A stretch of DNA of 33,222 nucleotides from Oscillospiraceae bacterium (GTDB lineage: Bacteria; Bacillota; Clostridia; Oscillospirales; Oscillospiraceae), in contig JAKSQI010000001.1 of the NCBI GenBank assembly GCA_024404215.1, positions 1-33,222 of the forward strand. Direction: 5' to 3'. This document shows, piece after piece, positions 16,559 to 24,223 of this stretch. Position 1 is the first letter of the stretch; each line of letters begins with the position of its first letter. The notes beneath the pieces were generated by a model, which was given only the letters and a program-made list of their open reading frames with translations, did not search any database and had not been told where the DNA came from. A program made the position numbers and the translations under genes.

Positions 16559-18046
16559 ATGAATCAGCAAGAGCGCGGGGAACGATGGGCTGACGGAAAG
16601 GGCTATGACAGCTACATCCAGGGGGAACTGCATTCCTTCCGTAAGGAAGCATGGAAACAGCAGCTGAGGCAGCATTTGCCTAAAAAGAATCTTCAAATCC
16701 TGGCTGTTGGAACAGGACCGGGCTTTTTCAGCTGCATTCTTTCTGAGCTGGGGTATCGGGCAACCGGCATTGATGCATCGGAAGGCATGTTGGCCTGTGC
16801 CCGTAAGAATGCGGAATGCTTGCAGGTGACACCTGAATTTCTGTTGATGGATGTTAACAGCCTGACCTTTCCGGATGAAAGCTTTGATGTTTTGGTAATG
16901 CGAAATGTAACCTGGACCTTGGAGCATCCGGAAAAGGTATATTCTGAGTTTAAGCGGCTGCTGAAGCCCAGGGGCATGCTGCTGATTTATGATGCCAACT
17001 GGCAGCTGCAGTTTTTTGACCCGGATTTGCGGCAGCGTGTGCTGGCTCGGGAAAAGGCCTATCGGGAAAAGTATGGTCGGGAGGAATTTGTTTCCCGAGG
17101 CGACATGGCTTATTATGCCACCGCCCCTTTGACTCATACCTACCGACCGGACTGGGACCGGGAGGTGCTGACCAATTTGGGCTTTGAGGTTTCCATAGAA
17201 GAGAACATTGGCAGAAGGGTTTATGAGCAGTGGGAAAAGGATTTGTATGCCGAGTCCCCTTTGTTTGAGATATGCGCAGTCAAGAAAGCGGAACCAGAGA
17301 CCCAAACCAACATGCATACCTACTGGCAGAAACGGGCGGAAACCTTTGGTTTTTTCCGCAAGCCGGAGGACGTGGATGCTATGGGGCGGGAGTATGCCCG
17401 TTATTTACCGGAGGGGCCTCTTCAGGTGCTGGATGCCGGTACGGGAACCGGCGTGATAGCTGCGGTTATGGCAAAGCTTGGCCATAAGGTTACTGCTGTT
17501 GACCTGTGTTCCAACATGCTGGAAAAGGCAAAGGAGAATCTGCGCAGTTTGGGACTGCAGGCGGATTTCTACTGCACCTCTGCCGGCGAACTGCCCTTCC
17601 CCGATGAAAGCTTTGATGTCGTTATCTCCCGCAATGTGACCTGGGCCCTGCCGGAGCCGGAGCATGTCATGGAGCAGTGGCGAAGGGTTCTCAAGCCCGG
17701 TGGCCTTTTGATTTATCGGGATGCCAATCACTACAACTACCTCTTTTTTGAAGAGGACCGGCAAAACCGAGAACGTATCATTGAATTGGCAGGCACCCCC
17801 CACGGAGACCATAACGATTCAAAGGAATATGATTATAATCTGTGTGATGAAACCGCCTACAATTTGCCTATGTCTAAGCTGAAACGTCCCGGACAATGGG
17901 ACGATATCATGCTGCCAAAGCTGGGCTTTGATATTTTAGCAGAGGAGCTTCGTTATCCCCAACGTCTGTTGAAATATGGCATAGCTGATGGCTACTATAC
18001 GGATTTTACCATAGTGGCCAGAAAGGCGGAAACAATAGAGGAGTGA
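16559..18046 (+). CDS. fused tandem class I SAM-dependent methyltransferase (two MTase domains)
   Basis: Two SAM-binding motifs, ILAVGTGPGFF and VLDAGTGTGVIA. Each is followed by FPDESFDV(L/V)..RNVTW.L..PE....(F/W).R.LKP.G.L. The ATG at 16559 follows GGAGGAAA. Confidence 0.85.
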   Translation: MNQQERGERWADGKGYDSYIQGELHSFRKEAWKQQLRQHLPKKNLQILAVGTGPGFFSCILSELGYRATGIDASEGMLACARKNAECLQVTPEFLLMDVNSLTFPDESFDVLVMRNVTWTLEHPEKVYSEFKRLLKPRGMLLIYDANWQLQFFDPDLRQRVLAREKAYREKYGREEFVSRGDMAYYATAPLTHTYRPDWDREVLTNLGFEVSIEENIGRRVYEQWEKDLYAESPLFEICAVKKAEPETQTNMHTYWQKRAETFGFFRKPEDVDAMGREYARYLPEGPLQVLDAGTGTGVIAAVMAKLGHKVTAVDLCSNMLEKAKENLRSLGLQADFYCTSAGELPFPDESFDVVISRNVTWALPEPEHVMEQWRRVLKPGGLLIYRDANHYNYLFFEEDRQNRERIIELAGTPHGDHNDSKEYDYNLCDETAYNLPMSKLKRPGQWDDIMLPKLGFDILAEELRYPQRLLKYGIADGYYTDFTIVARKAETIEE

Positions 18047-18050
18047 TGAA

Positions 18051-19031
18051 ATGGGACGCTATATCCTGAAACGGCTGCTGTGGCTGATACCGGTCATGCT
18101 GGTAATCTCCCTGATAGCCTTCCTTTTGATGTATCTGTCACCCGGCGATCCTGCGACGATTTACCTGTCCATGGGTGGTGATTCGCCTTCCGCAGAGGCC
18201 GTGGCAGAGCTGAGGGAAAAGATGGGACTGAATCGGCCTCTGTACGAACAGTTTGGAAGCTGGCTGATAAATCTGCTGCACGGTGATTTGGGAACATCCT
18301 TCTTTACGAAAAACCCGGTTATTGAGGATATTGCAACCCTATTCCCCAACACCCTTAAGCTTACGTTACTGGGCATGCTGGGAACACTGGTGATTTCCAT
18401 ACCCTTGGGCATTCTATCTGCAGTAAAGGCCAATAAGCTGACGGATAACATAATACGTGCCGGGTCCTTTGTTGTCGGTTCCATGCCGGGATTCTTTGCT
18501 GCCCTGCTGCTGATTTATCTTTTGGGTGTCAAGCTCCGTTGGCTTCCCACAATAAGCTCAGGATCCGCCAAGGGCATCATCCTGCCTGCCTTGACCTTAG
18601 CCTTGACAATGGCCCCCAATTATATCCGACAGATTCGAGCTGAGATTGTTAAAGAACTGGGAGAGGATTACATCCGAATGTTCCGGGGCAGAGGTATCAA
18701 AGAACGAATGATTCTTTATAACGGTGCACTGAAAAGTGTTATGCCCTCCATTCTGACCATTGCCGGAATGAACATGGGGCATTTGTTGGGGGGAACTTCC
18801 ATCATTGAAATGGTCTGTACCTACCAGGGGCTGGGGCGCTTGGCGGTAAATTCCATTACCAACCGTGATTATCCCCTGATGCAGGGGTTTGTTCTAATGA
18901 TGGCAGGTATTTATGTCATTATCAATCTGGTGGTGGATATTCTGCACGCCATGGCAGACCCGAGAGTAAAGCTTCGTATTTTGGCGGAGAACGGAGGTGG
19001 CTACCGACATGGAAAAAAGAAGGCGGTTTGA
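18051..19031 (+). CDS. ABC transporter permease (peptide/nickel family, OppB/NikB-like)
   Basis: Typical N-terminus MGRYILKRLLWLIPVMLVIS and LSPGDPA. Contains an EAA-like loop. Confidence 0.9.
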   Translation: MGRYILKRLLWLIPVMLVISLIAFLLMYLSPGDPATIYLSMGGDSPSAEAVAELREKMGLNRPLYEQFGSWLINLLHGDLGTSFFTKNPVIEDIATLFPNTLKLTLLGMLGTLVISIPLGILSAVKANKLTDNIIRAGSFVVGSMPGFFAALLLIYLLGVKLRWLPTISSGSAKGIILPALTLALTMAPNYIRQIRAEIVKELGEDYIRMFRGRGIKERMILYNGALKSVMPSILTIAGMNMGHLLGGTSIIEMVCTYQGLGRLAVNSITNRDYPLMQGFVLMMAGIYVIINLVVDILHAMADPRVKLRILAENGGGYRHGKKKAV

Positions 19032-19842
19032 CCCGGCAGTAGTCCGGCTTTTGGTTTGGTCCGGCATAGTTCTTCTGCTTCTTGTTTTGGCCTGGGTGGG
19101 TCCTCGCTTTATCCACCATGACCCCTATGAGGTTAATCTGCTGCAGATAACGGCGAGGCCTTCGGCAGAGTATCTCATGGGCACAGATTACCTGGGGCGC
19201 TGCACTCTTTGCCGTCTTATTACCGGAGCAGCCCGGTCCATATATGCGTCTTTAGCCGTGGTAGCTATCACTTTTATCATTGGAACAGCCATAGGAACCG
19301 TTTGCGGTTTTATCGGCGGGGCTTTTGATACGGTGGTTATGAGATTTGTAGATGCCGTGCAGGCCTTTCCCAGTCTCGTTTTTACCATTGCCATTGCGGC
19401 CATGCTGGGCAGCGGCATGGGCAACTGTATCATCGCCATGTCCTGTATTAACTGGACCCAATATGCCCGGCTTTCCCGCAGCCAGGTGCTGCAGGTGAAG
19501 GAGCGCACCTTTGTTAAGGCGGCCCGAACCACCGGCATGACCAATCGGCAGATTCTTTTTAAAACCATTTTGCCTAACAGTATGACGCCCCTGATTGTAT
19601 CGGCCAGCATGCATGTTGGAAACACAATCCTGGGTTTTTCCGGCCTAAGCTTTCTGGGGCTTGGTACCATGCCCCCCTTCCCGGAGTGGGGGAATATGCT
19701 CAACGACGGCAAGGCAACCCTGCAGACTGCACCCTGGACCGTTATTTTCCCGGGACTGGCCATTTTGCTTGTTGTCATGATTATGGGTATGTTCGGCGAC
19801 AGCGTGAATGAAGCGCTGAATCCGAAGAAAAATACAAATTAA
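19009..19842 (+). CDS. ABC transporter permease (OppC/NikC-like)
   Basis: Six-TM BPD_transp_1 profile. The ATG at 19009 follows GGAGGTGG. A GTG at 18997 is an alternative start. Confidence 0.88.
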   Translation: MEKRRRFDPAVVRLLVWSGIVLLLLVLAWVGPRFIHHDPYEVNLLQITARPSAEYLMGTDYLGRCTLCRLITGAARSIYASLAVVAITFIIGTAIGTVCGFIGGAFDTVVMRFVDAVQAFPSLVFTIAIAAMLGSGMGNCIIAMSCINWTQYARLSRSQVLQVKERTFVKAARTTGMTNRQILFKTILPNSMTPLIVSASMHVGNTILGFSGLSFLGLGTMPPFPEWGNMLNDGKATLQTAPWTVIFPGLAILLVVMIMGMFGDSVNEALNPKKNTN

Positions 19843-19863
19843 CAAACGAGAAAGGAAATTCAA

Positions 19864-21504
19864 ATGAAAAAAAACATGCTGAAAAAACTGACAGCCCTCA
19901 TGCTGTCCGTGCTGATGCTGCTGGCTCTCTTTGCCTGTGGCAGCAAGCCTGCGGATACTGCAGTGAGCCAAACTCCTGCTTCTTCGGATAATGCGGCGCA
20001 GTCAAGCACCGGAACGGATAATTCTGCAGCCACAGAAGAGAGACACATTGAGTTTACCTTCGGTGCAAACTCTGCCGCTAACAACGCAACGGTATTTACC
20101 TTTGACCCTGCTGTAGATTATAACGCATCAAAAGCAACAGCCATGGGCATGGCAGAGACTCTGTTGGCCTTGGATGCTAACAAGGAGGTTCAGCCAAAGC
20201 TGGCAACTGCTATTGAAAACACGGATGACACGACCTGGGTCTTGACCATTCGTGACGGTGTTACTTTTTCTAATGGGAAAGAACTGACCGCAGAAATGGT
20301 AAAAAAGTCTTTAGAGTATACCCTGTCTGTCAATGAACGCTTGAGCGCATTGGCGGATGTTGCCTCCATGGAGGCTGATGGCCAGACCTTGACCATTCAT
20401 ACCAATGCTGTCGTTGCTATTTTCGACCGCGTTTTGACAGAGCCCAACATGGCTATTTTTGATGTGGAGGGCACCGAGAATCTGGACAAAAATATGATTG
20501 GTACCGGTGCCTATATCCTGACCGATATGGACAGCGAAGGAAACTGCACTTTGACCCGCAACGACAATTACTGGCAGGGTACCCCCATTGCTGAAACCAT
20601 TCACACTAAGGCCAATCTGGATTCAGCAGCCATTACTTTGGCTCTCCAGTCCGGTGAAATTGACTGGTCCACCGGTGTTTCCACCAGTGACCTGGCCTTG
20701 TTTGCCGGCAACCCGGATTATGAGGTTCAAGAATACAATGCTGGTCGAGCCTTCTATCTGTATGTAAACCCCAACTATACCTTTACCATGGATCCTGCCC
20801 TGCGTGAAGCCCTTCAGTATGCCATAGACCGCGATGCCATCATTGCCGGTGTATACAGTGGTTATGGCTTCTCAACCCAGTCCATTTTCCCTGACTATTC
20901 CGAATACTACGACGCATCCTTGCAGCAGGCGGCTTATGATAAGGATAAGGCTGCCCAGATTTTGGCTGATGCCGGTTATGCGGATGCCGATGGCGATGGC
21001 TTCCTGGAAAAGGATGGTCAGAAGGTCACCCTGAATATTCTCTGCTATGCTAAAAACCAGTTTGATACCCTCAGCGAGGTTCTGCAGTCCATTCTCAAGG
21101 GCTATGGCATTGATGCCACCATTCAGGTCAGCGACACCATTAGCGATGATGCCAATGCCGGCGAATTCAATCTGGCTACCTATGGCTACAATACCCTGAC
21201 CCTGGGCGATTGCTACAATTATCTGTATCCTGTGTTCCATTCTCAAGGTACCGCAAACTTTAACGACCTTAACGATGCTGAAATTGACGGCTGGCTGGAT
21301 GAACTGAAGGTTACCAGTGACATGTCCAAACGTGTAGAGCTGGTTAAGAAGATTCAGGAGAAGGTTTATGCATCCAATGAATATATCTATATCATGCATG
21401 TAAAAAACACCATGGTATCCAAGGCCGGCATTGTTAATCTGCCTCCCATGTTTGGCGGTGACCAAATGGATAACTGCGTCCTCTGGACTGTTGACCGCAA
21501 ATGA
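19864..21504 (+). CDS. ABC substrate-binding lipoprotein, family 5 (OppA/NikA-like)
   Basis: Signal peptide with lipobox LALFAC-G. Length of 546 aa and motifs fit SBP_bac_5. Confidence 0.88.
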   Translation: MKKNMLKKLTALMLSVLMLLALFACGSKPADTAVSQTPASSDNAAQSSTGTDNSAATEERHIEFTFGANSAANNATVFTFDPAVDYNASKATAMGMAETLLALDANKEVQPKLATAIENTDDTTWVLTIRDGVTFSNGKELTAEMVKKSLEYTLSVNERLSALADVASMEADGQTLTIHTNAVVAIFDRVLTEPNMAIFDVEGTENLDKNMIGTGAYILTDMDSEGNCTLTRNDNYWQGTPIAETIHTKANLDSAAITLALQSGEIDWSTGVSTSDLALFAGNPDYEVQEYNAGRAFYLYVNPNYTFTMDPALREALQYAIDRDAIIAGVYSGYGFSTQSIFPDYSEYYDASLQQAAYDKDKAAQILADAGYADADGDGFLEKDGQKVTLNILCYAKNQFDTLSEVLQSILKGYGIDATIQVSDTISDDANAGEFNLATYGYNTLTLGDCYNYLYPVFHSQGTANFNDLNDAEIDGWLDELKVTSDMSKRVELVKKIQEKVYASNEYIYIMHVKNTMVSKAGIVNLPPMFGGDQMDNCVLWTVDRK

Positions 21505-22451
21505 GCAGGCTGCTGGATATCAATGGGATTGATGTCAGCTATGGAAACGCCCCCATTCTGAGGGGCGTTTCCATGCACGTCAAGGACGGTGAAATTGTAG
21601 GTGTTGTTGGTGAGTCCGGCAGCGGAAAGAGCACGACTATTTATGCTACCCTGGGTATTTTGGGGAATGGCGGAAAGGTAACAGCCGGCTCCATTCATTA
21701 CGATGGCCGGGATTTGCTCGCCCTTTCACAGGAGGACCTGAGAAAGATGCGGGGCAAGGAAATGTCCCTTGTTGCACAAAACCCTGTGACATCCTTCCAT
21801 CCCATACGAAAAATCAATAAACAGCTGAAGGAACTGGTTGCCTGTCACTCCGGTATGACCTATGCGGAAGCAGAGGAGCATATGTGTGAAATCATGGCAA
21901 AAATGAACTTGAAGGATGGAAAGCGCCTGCTTAACAGCTATGCCTTTGAACTGTCCGGTGGCATGTGCCAGAGGGTATCCATTGCCATGGCTCTGGTGTT
22001 GAGTCCAAAGCTCCTGCTGGCAGATGAGCCCACCAGCGCACTGGATGTTACCGTTCAAAAGCAGGTTGTGGAGGAGATGCGGAAGCTAAGGGATGAGTAT
22101 GGTAACTCCACCCTGATTGTATCCCATAACATGGGGGTTATTTCCTATATCTCTGATCGGGTTTATGTCATGTTTGCCGGCCGGGTTATGGAGTATGGGG
22201 AGAAGGGTGCCGTGATAAAAAGGCCCATGCATCCCTACACCAAAAATTTGATTGCGGCTGTGCCAACCATGGACGCACCCATGCCGACCGGCGTCCGCCC
22301 CACCGGGTTTGACCGGACAGTTCCCGGCTGTGTCTTTTATCAAAGCTGCCCCTGCCGACAGGAAGTCTGCGCCTTGTCAGATCCGGAGCCGGTAGAAACA
22401 GAATCCGGTCATTTTGTCAAATGCCATTGTATTCGGGAGGGAAAGCTATGA
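21501..22451 (+). CDS. ABC transporter ATP-binding protein (OppD/NikD-like)
   Basis: Walker A GESGSGKST, signature LSGGMCQR, Walker B LLLADEPT. ATGA overlap with the binding-protein gene. Confidence 0.92.
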   Translation: MSRLLDINGIDVSYGNAPILRGVSMHVKDGEIVGVVGESGSGKSTTIYATLGILGNGGKVTAGSIHYDGRDLLALSQEDLRKMRGKEMSLVAQNPVTSFHPIRKINKQLKELVACHSGMTYAEAEEHMCEIMAKMNLKDGKRLLNSYAFELSGGMCQRVSIAMALVLSPKLLLADEPTSALDVTVQKQVVEEMRKLRDEYGNSTLIVSHNMGVISYISDRVYVMFAGRVMEYGEKGAVIKRPMHPYTKNLIAAVPTMDAPMPTGVRPTGFDRTVPGCVFYQSCPCRQEVCALSDPEPVETESGHFVKCHCIREGKL

Positions 22452-23203
22452 ATGCCGTTGAAGTGGAAAACCTGAAGGTGAGCTTTTATTCCCATAAAAG
22501 CAACTCCTTTGTCCATGCCGTAGATGACGTTAGCTTTACTCTTGGCGAAAATGAGTTTTTGGGCTTGGTTGGTGAATCCGGCTGCGGAAAAAGCACCATT
22601 GCCCGTATGCTGATGGGGCTGCAGATTCCCGACGGCGGCACCATTCGCATCAAAGGGAAAGAAATCAAGCCCCCCTATCCTCACAACGTGTACAAGCAGA
22701 TTCAGATGATTTATCAAATGCCTCAGGACTCCTTCGACCCCCGCCGGAAGGTGGGGACCTGTATTACTGAAATACAGAGTAATTTCGGCGTAAACAAGAG
22801 GGAGGCCAGAGACTTTACCATGCATCTGCTGACCAGGGTTGGCTTGACGGAGGAGTACTATAATAAGTATCCCCATGAGATGAGCGGTGGAGAATGTCAG
22901 CGGGCGGCCATTGCTCGTTCTCTGTCCTTGAAGCCGGATGTACTGATTTGCGATGAGCCTACCAGTGCCTTGGATGTAAGTGTACAGGCCCAGGTGGTGG
23001 AGCTCCTGGCTCAGCTTCGCAAGGAAATGAAGCTGGGGGTCCTCTTTATTTCCCATGACCTGGCGTTGGTACAAGGTCTCTGCGATTCTGTCATGGTCAT
23101 GTATCAAGGCAAAATTGTGGAACGGGGCAGCGCAAAAGAAATCACCCAAAACCCCCGGGAAGACTATACACGCAAGCTTTTAAGTTCAGTCTTGTTGGTC
23201 TAA
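22448..23203 (+). CDS. ABC transporter ATP-binding protein (OppF/NikE-like)
   Basis: GESGCGKST, MSGGECQR, VLICDEPT. The ATG at 22448 overlaps the upstream stop and follows GGGAGGGAAAG. Confidence 0.92.
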   Translation: MNAVEVENLKVSFYSHKSNSFVHAVDDVSFTLGENEFLGLVGESGCGKSTIARMLMGLQIPDGGTIRIKGKEIKPPYPHNVYKQIQMIYQMPQDSFDPRRKVGTCITEIQSNFGVNKREARDFTMHLLTRVGLTEEYYNKYPHEMSGGECQRAAIARSLSLKPDVLICDEPTSALDVSVQAQVVELLAQLRKEMKLGVLFISHDLALVQGLCDSVMVMYQGKIVERGSAKEITQNPREDYTRKLLSSVLLV

Positions 23204-23244
23204 CCTGTTTAAAAGCCGGGGCAAAATGAATAATTGCTGGAAAG

Positions 23245-23290
23245 TATCCCCCCTGGGGGCTTAACAAAATCCCGCGATTTGTTGTACTAT
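23245..23290 (+). promoter_or_regulatory. C/G-tract palindrome (site 2) abutting a sigma-A promoter
   Basis: TATCCCCCCTGGGGGCTTA (23245-23263), identical to site 1, then TTAACA, an 18-nt spacer, and TACTAT. Confidence 0.6.
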
Positions 23291-23351
23291 TATCCCAGTA
23301 GCCCTTCCCCCTTTGCCGATGGGGTAGGGAAAATCCGATGAGGTGAACCCT

Positions 23352-23501
23352 ATGGCAGAAAACCGTGAATGGAAACTAACTGAGAAGGAAGAAAAGCTGT
23401 TGGCCATGCTGCGTGAAATTCGATTTGGTGAAGTGGTGATTCATGTGGCGGATGGTCAGCCGGTGCGTGCGGAAGAGGTCCGCAAGAGTATTAAATTCTG
23501 A
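23352..23501 (+). CDS. small DUF2292/YezD-like protein (49 aa), absent from the ORF track
   Basis: MAENREWKLTEKEEKLLAMLREIRFGEVVIHVADGQPVRAEEVRKSIKF. The ..L..I.FG.V.I.V.DG.....E...K pattern is that of the YezD family. GAGGTGA RBS 6 nt upstream. Confidence 0.7.
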   Translation: MAENREWKLTEKEEKLLAMLREIRFGEVVIHVADGQPVRAEEVRKSIKF

Positions 23502-23533
23502 CGGTTTGGAAAACAAGAAAAATACTTGTGTTT

Positions 23534-23578
23534 TATCCCCCAGGGGGGCTTTAAAGCAAAGCCGACCGGTGTTATACT
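23534..23578 (+). promoter_or_regulatory. C/G-tract palindrome (site 3) abutting a sigma-A promoter
   Basis: TATCCCCCAGGGGGGCTTTA (23534-23553), then TTTAAA, a 17-nt spacer, and TATACT preceded by TGt. Confidence 0.6.
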
Positions 23579-23616
23579 AAGACCGTTAATTCCTCTCATA
23601 ACCTTTCTGGGAAGAG

Positions 23617-23645
23617 CCGCACTCCGGTGAGGGAGTGCGGTTTTT
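23617..23645 (+). terminator. leader terminator (attenuator) upstream of the His-rich gene
   Basis: CCGCACTCC-N6-GGAGTGCGG followed by TTTTT. It lies 65 nt before the ATG. Confidence 0.7.
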
Positions 23646-23709
23646 CATAGGGCTCCGGCAGACTGCCGGGAGAGGGATGGAGTCGAAATAAGAATAAAGG
23701 AGTACCGTT

Positions 23710-24138
23710 ATGCATTTGGAACACGATATTGTGGGCAGCGAGCATGAGCATACGCACACCCACGAGCATACCCACGAGCACACCCATGAAAATGGCGAGA
23801 CCCATCAGCATGCCCATACCCATGAGCATTGTCACAGCCACGGCCATGACCATGAGCATACCCATGACCATGCTCATGACCACGACCACGCCCATGAGCA
23901 TTGCCACGACCACGAGCACAGCCATGATCACGGCCATGGGGAGGCCGATAACCGCCTCTATGCATTGATGAATTACATGGCCGGCCATAATGCCGACCAC
24001 ACCAAGGAATTGGCTGAACTGGCTGTCCAGCTGAAGGACAGCGGCAAGGAATCTGCCTATAACAAGGTAATGGCCGCTGTAGAAGAATTCGGAAAGGGCA
24101 ATGACCTGCTGGCAGAGGCCCTGAAGGAACTGAACTGA
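23710..24138 (+). CDS. histidine-rich (H-x-H repeat) putative metal-binding protein with a C-terminal helical domain
   Basis: By my count there are about 33 His in the first 76 residues, in a near-perfect alternating HxH array (HEHTHTHEHTHEHTH...HDHEHSHDHGHG), plus 2 Cys. An ordinary roughly 60-aa helical tail follows. AAAGGAG RBS. Confidence 0.8.
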   Translation: MHLEHDIVGSEHEHTHTHEHTHEHTHENGETHQHAHTHEHCHSHGHDHEHTHDHAHDHDHAHEHCHDHEHSHDHGHGEADNRLYALMNYMAGHNADHTKELAELAVQLKDSGKESAYNKVMAAVEEFGKGNDLLAEALKELN

Positions 24139-24171
24139 GTTCCGCTGAGGTAAGCGAAAAACGAGAAAGAA

Positions 24172-24215
24172 CCCCGTGCTTCCGTCATGAGAAGCACGGG
24201 GCTTTTGTCGTTTTT
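24172..24215. terminator. bidirectional intrinsic terminator
   Basis: CCCCGTGCTTC-N8-GAAGCACGGGG with CTTTTGTCGTTTTT on the plus side. An A-rich run upstream serves the convergent minus-strand gene. Confidence 0.8.
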
Positions 24216-24223
24216 GGAAGGAA

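Noticed and set aside
16451-17317. 288-aa minus-strand ORF across the leader and methyltransferase gene
   Set aside because: It is antisense to a well-supported CDS and runs through the leader terminator. It has no recognisable motifs.
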